In this document: in pieces, positions 58,572 to 64,000 of the stretch
Layout of the letters: each line of letters starts with the position of its first letter
Numbering within the stretch: the first letter of the stretch is position 1
Position numbers and translations under genes: made by a program
Notes under the pieces: generated by a model
The model's database searches: none
Told to the model about the DNA's origin: nothing
What the model saw: the letters and a program-made list of their open reading frames with translations, nothing else
Assembly: GCA_031409655.1 (NCBI GenBank)
Contig: JANNXQ010000300.1
Coordinates: 10,072-74,071, forward strand
DNA from: Chthoniobacteraceae bacterium
GTDB taxonomy: Bacteria; Verrucomicrobiota; Verrucomicrobiia; Chthoniobacterales; Chthoniobacteraceae
Length of the DNA: 64,000 nucleotides
Direction: 5' to 3'

Positions 58572-60899
58572 ATGAAGACGTCCGTTCCCCTGCTCATTGC
58601 TGCGAATCTTTGTGCCGCGATCTGGCTGCACGCGGCGGTGGATCTTCCGATTGAAGAGCCCATCGACTTGATCCGAAGCGAGGCGGCGGCGGGCGATCCT
58701 GGCAGCCAGTTCAAACTGGCGCTGACTTTTAAAAACGGGAAGGACATCGCCTCGGCGCTGCAATGGTACCGAAAGGCAGCGCAGGCGGGATTTTCCCCCG
58801 CGCAGTACAATCTGGCGGTCCTTTATGCAAATGGGACCGAGGTGCCTCGTGATGAAAGAGAGGCGGCGAAGTGGTTCTACGCCGCCGCCCAGAACGGGGT
58901 CTTCGATGCGCAGAAAATCCTCGTGGAATGGTATGTGGCGGGGCGGGGCGTGGAGAAGAGTCCCGCCAAGGCGCTGGGGTGGGACATGATTGCCCGGCGG
59001 ACTCTGGAGTTGGAGCACGGCATCGCCGCGGACACCGCGCCAAAGCCGGGCAACGTGCGGGCGGATGGTGCCGCGGAGATGAGAGACGCGGCTGGTGGTC
59101 TCTACTGGGCTCATCCCGATGGTGGAGTGGAAACGGCGGACGCAACTGGCGTGCGGCGGATCAAACATCCGGACGGGCGGGTGGTGACTCTGCAGAAAGA
59201 CGGCACGCAGGAGACGCTCTATCCGAATGGCGTGACGGAGGAACTCGCACCGAGCGGGCGGAAGACACTGCGCGACGGCAAGGGCCACGTGCAAATCACA
59301 GAACCTGACGGGACGCGCATTGAGGAGGGCAACGCCGTGGGCGACGACCAGGTGCGCGTGGTGGATCGCTTTGACAAGGATGGAAAGCGGGTCAGCCATC
59401 GCGTGACCCGCGGGGACTCCACCTACGAGGAACGCGCCGATGGGACACGCGTCGTCCAGACGAAGTATCAGCGCGACGACGGCGTGGAGGTGTTTTTGGT
59501 CGAAGACGTCGGCGCCGACGGCACCGTGGCGAAAGGCCGGCTGTGCCGCGCGCTCGACGGCGAGGCCCCGACGGGGAGCGAGATCTGGAAGATCCGACGC
59601 ACCTTGCATCTGGCCACTGGGGAGACCGTCGATGTCTTTGAGGAATACAGTTCCGCCGGCTTCTACGCCCAGGAGGAGGTGCCAGGGACGCGGAAAACGG
59701 CGCCGGTCGCGGGAAACACGGCGGCAGCGGCGAAGTCCGGCCAGCGCACGGAGCAATCTGTATTCATGCGAAAGGAATTATTCATGCCTGCCCGGACGGG
59801 CATTCCCGTAGAGTTGCCGACGGGCTTTGAGCCCAAGGTTATATCGATGCCCTTGGCCAGTGGTTCGCCTCGGGGAATTGACGATCCGGCTGCGTTTCGC
59901 CCCAAGCCTGACATCGCGCCAATGATCAGCGCGCTCGAAGCGATCGAAGGCAAATCGCGCAACTTCGCCGGGGCCACGGTCGCAGATCACGAGCGCGCCA
60001 AGGCTGCCGCGCTCGCCTATCTCATCCCGCTGCCAAATCCCCCGCAGAAGCCGGCCGCCGGCGCTGCCTGGCTCCGCGAAAAGACCCTCACCAAAACCAC
60101 GCTCCATGAGGTGCCGCTGCTGCCCATCCCAGACGATCGCTCAAAGCAGGTGCCTTTCGGATTCCACGGACGCGACGTCATCAAACGCCAACCCTGGCGG
60201 CATGCGGAAACCGCGCACTTCATCGTTCACTTTGTCGAGGAGCGGGACGCCCGGCTGACGATGCAGTACATCGAAGGCGTGTTCACGATGGTCACTGGTT
60301 TGCTCAACCTCGATGCGCAGCGCGCGCCCATAAAAAGCCACGTCTTCGTCTTCCCCAACAAAGCGGCTTGGCGGGAATACGGCAGTGTCATCGGCTTGTC
60401 AGAGTCGGTCGCAGGGTTTGCCTACAAGACGGAACTCCTGCTCCCCGCCGCCGACGACAAGGAAGGCCGGGAGGCATCAATAAAGACGCTCTGTCACGAA
60501 GTGACGCACGCCATCATCGCGCGATTTTACCCAGCCCGAAAGCTGCCCCTCTGGATGAATGAAGGGCTCGCGGAATACATCGCCGCCCGCACCATTGCGA
60601 CAAAACGCTCCCATCCGGTGGACAAATATCTGCGCAAGACCACGGACCCCGTCGTCGATGTGAAGAAACTTTTTGACCGCATCAAATATGGCGAAAAAAC
60701 CACGCAGGATCGCCTGGCGATTTTTTACGGAAACTCCGAAAAGTCCGTCCGGGCGATCGTGGAAAAGCTGCCCATCGAAGGGTTTCCGAAGTTCTTGAAT
60801 GCGCTCGCCGCTGGAAATTTACCCCAGCCCGCGCTGGCTGCAGCGTATGGGAAAAAGTGCGACAGCATCGCGGCCGTCGCGGCGCTGGTGAACGACTAA
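58572..60899 (+). CDS. Secreted multidomain protein: Sel1-like repeats, (P)DG beta-hairpin repeats (Tcp10_C-like) and a gluzincin/peptidase MA-like domain
   Basis: GGAGG RBS at 58561; signal peptide; WYRKAAQAG..AQYNLAVLY; HPDG/KDG/YPNG/EPDG repeats; HEVTH...WMNEGLAEY. Confidence 0.75.
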   Translation: MKTSVPLLIAANLCAAIWLHAAVDLPIEEPIDLIRSEAAAGDPGSQFKLALTFKNGKDIASALQWYRKAAQAGFSPAQYNLAVLYANGTEVPRDEREAAKWFYAAAQNGVFDAQKILVEWYVAGRGVEKSPAKALGWDMIARRTLELEHGIAADTAPKPGNVRADGAAEMRDAAGGLYWAHPDGGVETADATGVRRIKHPDGRVVTLQKDGTQETLYPNGVTEELAPSGRKTLRDGKGHVQITEPDGTRIEEGNAVGDDQVRVVDRFDKDGKRVSHRVTRGDSTYEERADGTRVVQTKYQRDDGVEVFLVEDVGADGTVAKGRLCRALDGEAPTGSEIWKIRRTLHLATGETVDVFEEYSSAGFYAQEEVPGTRKTAPVAGNTAAAAKSGQRTEQSVFMRKELFMPARTGIPVELPTGFEPKVISMPLASGSPRGIDDPAAFRPKPDIAPMISALEAIEGKSRNFAGATVADHERAKAAALAYLIPLPNPPQKPAAGAAWLREKTLTKTTLHEVPLLPIPDDRSKQVPFGFHGRDVIKRQPWRHAETAHFIVHFVEERDARLTMQYIEGVFTMVTGLLNLDAQRAPIKSHVFVFPNKAAWREYGSVIGLSESVAGFAYKTELLLPAADDKEGREASIKTLCHEVTHAIIARFYPARKLPLWMNEGLAEYIAARTIATKRSHPVDKYLRKTTDPVVDVKKLFDRIKYGEKTTQDRLAIFYGNSEKSVRAIVEKLPIEGFPKFLNALAAGNLPQPALAAAYGKKCDSIAAVAALVND

Positions 60900-61010
60900 T
60901 TGTCCGCCGGCACGACGGCTCGGGAGGGCCGTTGGCGCCGGGTGCCAGTCCAGCTTCCGCAGGAGGGCGGTGCCGGCTTCACCGGGCGCACTGACTGGCC
61001 AAATTGCCAA

Positions 61011-61054
61011 TTGACGCCCGCCGCCCGAAATGCGATATATCACCGCATCATGAT
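61011..61054 (+). promoter_or_regulatory. metK promoter region with palindromic operator ATCA-N8-TGAT
   Basis: TTGACG at 61011-61016, AT-rich gatatat near 61034-61040, overlapping ATCAccgcatcaTGAT (61039-61054). Confidence 0.65.
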
Positions 61055-61113
61055 TGGTCAATACGTTGTTGGCTGATCCCCAGAACCCAAAACACCCAAA
61101 TCCCGCTCCCTCC

Positions 61114-62289
61114 ATGTCTCGTCGTTTCATCTTCTCTTCCGAATCCGTTGGCGAAGGCCATCCCGACAAAGTCGCCGACACCATTTCCGATGCGGTGCTC
61201 GACGCCTGCCTCGCTCAGGACAAAGGGAGCCGGGTGGCTTGCGAGACGTATGTGAAGAGTAACATCGCCATCGTCGGCGGGGAGATCACCACCAAGGCCA
61301 AGCTCGATTACGTGCAGATCACTCGCGATGCGGTGCGGGAGATTGGTTATGTGAATGACGACGATGTCTTCCACGCGGATAAGATTTTCGTGCAGAACAT
61401 CCTCACTGCGCAGTCCCCGGACATCGCGCAGGGCGTGGATGCGAAGAAGGCCAAGGGGAAGAAACACGCCGAGCAGGGCGCGGGGGATCAGGGCATCATG
61501 TTTGGCTACGCGAGCGACGAGACGCCGGAGCTGATGCCAGCGCCGATCATGTATGCGCACCGTCTCGGGCGAAAATTGACCGAGATCCGCAAAGCCGGCA
61601 AAGCCGCGAAGTGGCTGCGGCCGGACGCGAAGTCGCAGGTCTCCGTGGAGTACGTGGATGGCAAGCCGACGCGGATTACTAACGTCGTGATCTCCACCCA
61701 GCATGCGGCTGACGCGGAGCACGCGGAGATCGAGAAGTTCTGCATCGAAAAAATCATCAAGGCCGTGCTGCCCAAGTCGATGCTGACCAAGGATACCGAG
61801 TATCTGATCAACCCCACGGGTAAGTTCGTCGTCGGTGGACCGCAGGGCGATACCGGACTTACGGGGCGTAAGATCATCGTCGATACTTACGGTGGCATGG
61901 GTCGCCACGGGGGCGGCGCCTTCTCCGGCAAGGACCCCTCGAAAGTCGATCGCAGCGCCGCTTACATGGCTCGCTGGGTCGCGAAGAACGTCGTTGCCGC
62001 CGGCCTCGCCGCCCGCTGCGAAGTCCAATTCGCCTATGCCATTGGCCACCCGCAACCCGTAAGCGTGCATATCGACGCCTTCGGCACCGGCACCCTTTCC
62101 GATGAGTCGATCCTCGCCGCCGTGCTCAAGACCTTCAGCTTTAAGCCTGCCGACATCGTCCAGCAGCTCAACCTGCTCCGCCCGATCTACTCGAAGACCA
62201 CGAACTATGGCCACTTCGGCAAGGACGACAAAGACCTGACCTGGGAGACGACCGACAAGGCCGAGGCGCTCAAGAAGCTCGCGAAGTAA
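61114..62289 (+). CDS. metK: S-adenosylmethionine synthetase
   Basis: [55 protein letters not shown]. Confidence 0.99.
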   Translation: MSRRFIFSSESVGEGHPDKVADTISDAVLDACLAQDKGSRVACETYVKSNIAIVGGEITTKAKLDYVQITRDAVREIGYVNDDDVFHADKIFVQNILTAQSPDIAQGVDAKKAKGKKHAEQGAGDQGIMFGYASDETPELMPAPIMYAHRLGRKLTEIRKAGKAAKWLRPDAKSQVSVEYVDGKPTRITNVVISTQHAADAEHAEIEKFCIEKIIKAVLPKSMLTKDTEYLINPTGKFVVGGPQGDTGLTGRKIIVDTYGGMGRHGGGAFSGKDPSKVDRSAAYMARWVAKNVVAAGLAARCEVQFAYAIGHPQPVSVHIDAFGTGTLSDESILAAVLKTFSFKPADIVQQLNLLRPIYSKTTNYGHFGKDDKDLTWETTDKAEALKKLAK

Positions 62290-62345
62290 CGCGCCCGTCA
62301 CCGCTGCCTCCCGCAAATTCCACGCAGATCGTTTCAGATTTAACT

Positions 62346-62361
62346 ATCATCACATCTTGAT
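62346..62361 (+). promoter_or_regulatory. Palindromic operator ATCA-N8-TGAT upstream of ahcY
   Basis: ATCAtcacatctTGAT; same geometry as the metK site, with 13/16 identity. Confidence 0.65.
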
Positions 62362-62422
62362 GCGTCGATGCGTCCATCTCAGGGGCGCAGACGTTTTCTC
62401 TCCGAAACCCAAACAAATCACT

Positions 62423-63853
62423 ATGAGCACCACTACACTGACCGCCAAAAATACCGACTACCAAGTCGCCGACATCAAACTCGCCGACTGGGGCCGCAAA
62501 GAAATCGTGATCGCCGAGCAGGAAATGCCCGGTCTGATGTCCATCCGCGAGCAATACGCACCCTCCAAACCGCTCGCTGGCGTGCGCATCACCGGATCGT
62601 TGCACATGACCATCCAGACCGCGGTGCTCATTGAGACGCTCGTGGCGCTCGGGGCCGAGGTGCGCTGGGCGACCTGCAATATTTTCTCCACGCAGGATCA
62701 CGCCGCAGCGGCGATCGCCGCTGCGGGTGTGCCGGTTTTTGCCTGGAAGGGCGAGTCGCTCGAGGAATATTGGGACTGCACCTGGAAGGCGATCGTGAAT
62801 AAGGACGGTAAGGGCCCGCAACTCGTCGTCGATGACGGCGGCGACGTGACTCTCTTCCTCCACAAAGGGTACGAACTCGAGGAAGGCGATAAGTGGGTGG
62901 ATAGTGAGAGCGGTTCCCACGAGGAGAAGGTGATTAAGAACCTGCTCAAGAAGGTTCATGCCGAAAACCCCTTCATCTTCCATGAGATGGTGAAGGACTG
63001 GCGTGGCGTCTCCGAAGAAACCACCACCGGTGTGCATCGCCTCTACAAGCTCCAGGAGGTCGCCAAGTTGCTCGTGCCGGCCTTTAACGTGAACGATTCG
63101 GTGACGAAGACCAAGTTTGACAATCTTTACGGCTGCCGACACTCGCTCGTGGATGGGCTCAACCGTGCGCTCGACGTGATGATCTCCGGCAAGGTGGCCG
63201 TGGTCATCGGATATGGCGACGTGGGCAAGGGGAGCGCACAGTCACTCCGCGGCCAGGGCGCGCGGGTAATCGTCACGGAGATCGATCCGATCAATGCCTT
63301 GCAGGCCGCGATGGAAGGTTATGAAGTAACGACAATCGAGGACACCCTCGGCCGGGGTGACATTTACGTCACGACGACCGGCAATGTGGACGTCATCACG
63401 ATCGAGCACATGACGAAGATGAAGAACCAGGCGGTGATCTGTAACATTGGTCACTTCGATAATGAGATTCAGGTCGAGAAGCTGGTGAACTATCCCGGGA
63501 TCAAGCACACCAACATCAAACCGCAGGTGGATAAGTATTCCTTTGCTGAAGGCCAGGAGGTCTTCCTCCTCGCCGAAGGTCGTCTCGTGAACCTCGGTTG
63601 CGCCACCGGTCACCCAAGCTTCGTGATGAGCAATAGCTTCTCCAACCAGACGCTCGCCCAACTCGACCTCTGGAAGAACAGGGACCTCTACAAGCCCGGC
63701 GTTTACATCCTGCCCAAGAAACTCGACGAAGAAGTGGCCCGCCTCCACCTCGCGAAGATCGGCGTGAAGCTGACTGTGCTCACCAAGAAGCAGGCCGCCT
63801 ATCTCGACGTGCCGGTGGAGGGCCCTTACAAGCCCGCGCACTATCGGTACTAG
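62423..63853 (+). CDS. ahcY: Adenosylhomocysteinase
   Basis: [60 protein letters not shown]-terminus. Confidence 0.99.
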   Translation: MSTTTLTAKNTDYQVADIKLADWGRKEIVIAEQEMPGLMSIREQYAPSKPLAGVRITGSLHMTIQTAVLIETLVALGAEVRWATCNIFSTQDHAAAAIAAAGVPVFAWKGESLEEYWDCTWKAIVNKDGKGPQLVVDDGGDVTLFLHKGYELEEGDKWVDSESGSHEEKVIKNLLKKVHAENPFIFHEMVKDWRGVSEETTTGVHRLYKLQEVAKLLVPAFNVNDSVTKTKFDNLYGCRHSLVDGLNRALDVMISGKVAVVIGYGDVGKGSAQSLRGQGARVIVTEIDPINALQAAMEGYEVTTIEDTLGRGDIYVTTTGNVDVITIEHMTKMKNQAVICNIGHFDNEIQVEKLVNYPGIKHTNIKPQVDKYSFAEGQEVFLLAEGRLVNLGCATGHPSFVMSNSFSNQTLAQLDLWKNRDLYKPGVYILPKKLDEEVARLHLAKIGVKLTVLTKKQAAYLDVPVEGPYKPAHYRY

Positions 63854-63952
63854 TCAAACCTGTTCAAACGATTCGAACTGCGAAAGCCGCCCGGTCTTTT
63901 CCTTTTGCAGAATGAATTGCCTCCGATCCCGCGGCTGGCGCGTAGTTCTTGT

Positions 63953-64000
63953 ATGAAAAAGATCCTCCTCGTTTCCACCGTGGCCGTTTTCGGCTGTGCG
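63953..64000 (+). CDS. 5' fragment of a probable secreted protein or lipoprotein (MKKILLVSTVAVFGCA...)
   Basis: Signal-peptide-like start, open to the window edge. Confidence 0.5.
   Translation, partial: MKKILLVSTVAVFGCA

Noticed and set aside
60900..62422. SAM or SAH riboswitch before metK or ahcY
   Set aside because: No recognisable SAM-I/II or SAH consensus; the leaders are short and carry protein-operator-like palindromes instead.

Overview
This is a GC-rich bacterial chromosomal segment. Gene content (two PEP-CTERM-type proteins, a DUF1552/DUF1592 cytochrome c pair, a DUF6797-like beta-propeller, DUF1080, a sulfatase, folP-cdaA-glmM) suggests the PVC superphylum, most likely Verrucomicrobiota; this is an inference. 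There are about 47 CDSs, mostly housekeeping and envelope genes: M13 peptidase, leuA, two amidases, tsaE-thiL-CPBP-sppA-nnr, cysteine desulfurase, gcvP, folP-cdaA-glmM-bioD, cinA, cls, UGPase, surE, a core methionine synthase, an ArsR-methyltransferase (SahR-like) regulator, metK and ahcY. I saw no rRNA, tRNA, CRISPR array or intact mobile element. The most interesting signals are non-coding or architectural: (1) a candidate Leu-rich leader-peptide attenuator before leuA; (2) matching ATCA-N8-TGAT boxes before metK and ahcY, next to the SahR-like regulator, with a Sel1/Tcp10-like/gluzincin gene between them; (3) a collinear duplication of the surE promoter and first seven codons in front of a neighbouring hydrolase; (4) several classes of miniature inverted-repeat elements (heptamer arrays, GGAG-footed REP doublets, a 200-bp MITE-like element abutting an IS110 remnant), with heptamer arrays captured inside two ORFs; (5) a stand-alone OvoA-C-terminal-like methyltransferase operon with a TPMT-like gene; (6) a passenger-less inverse autotransporter and a truncated, fused type IIG restriction-modification gene. 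All family assignments come from motif recognition by eye, not database searches. Start codons were often moved downstream of the ORF-track starts.
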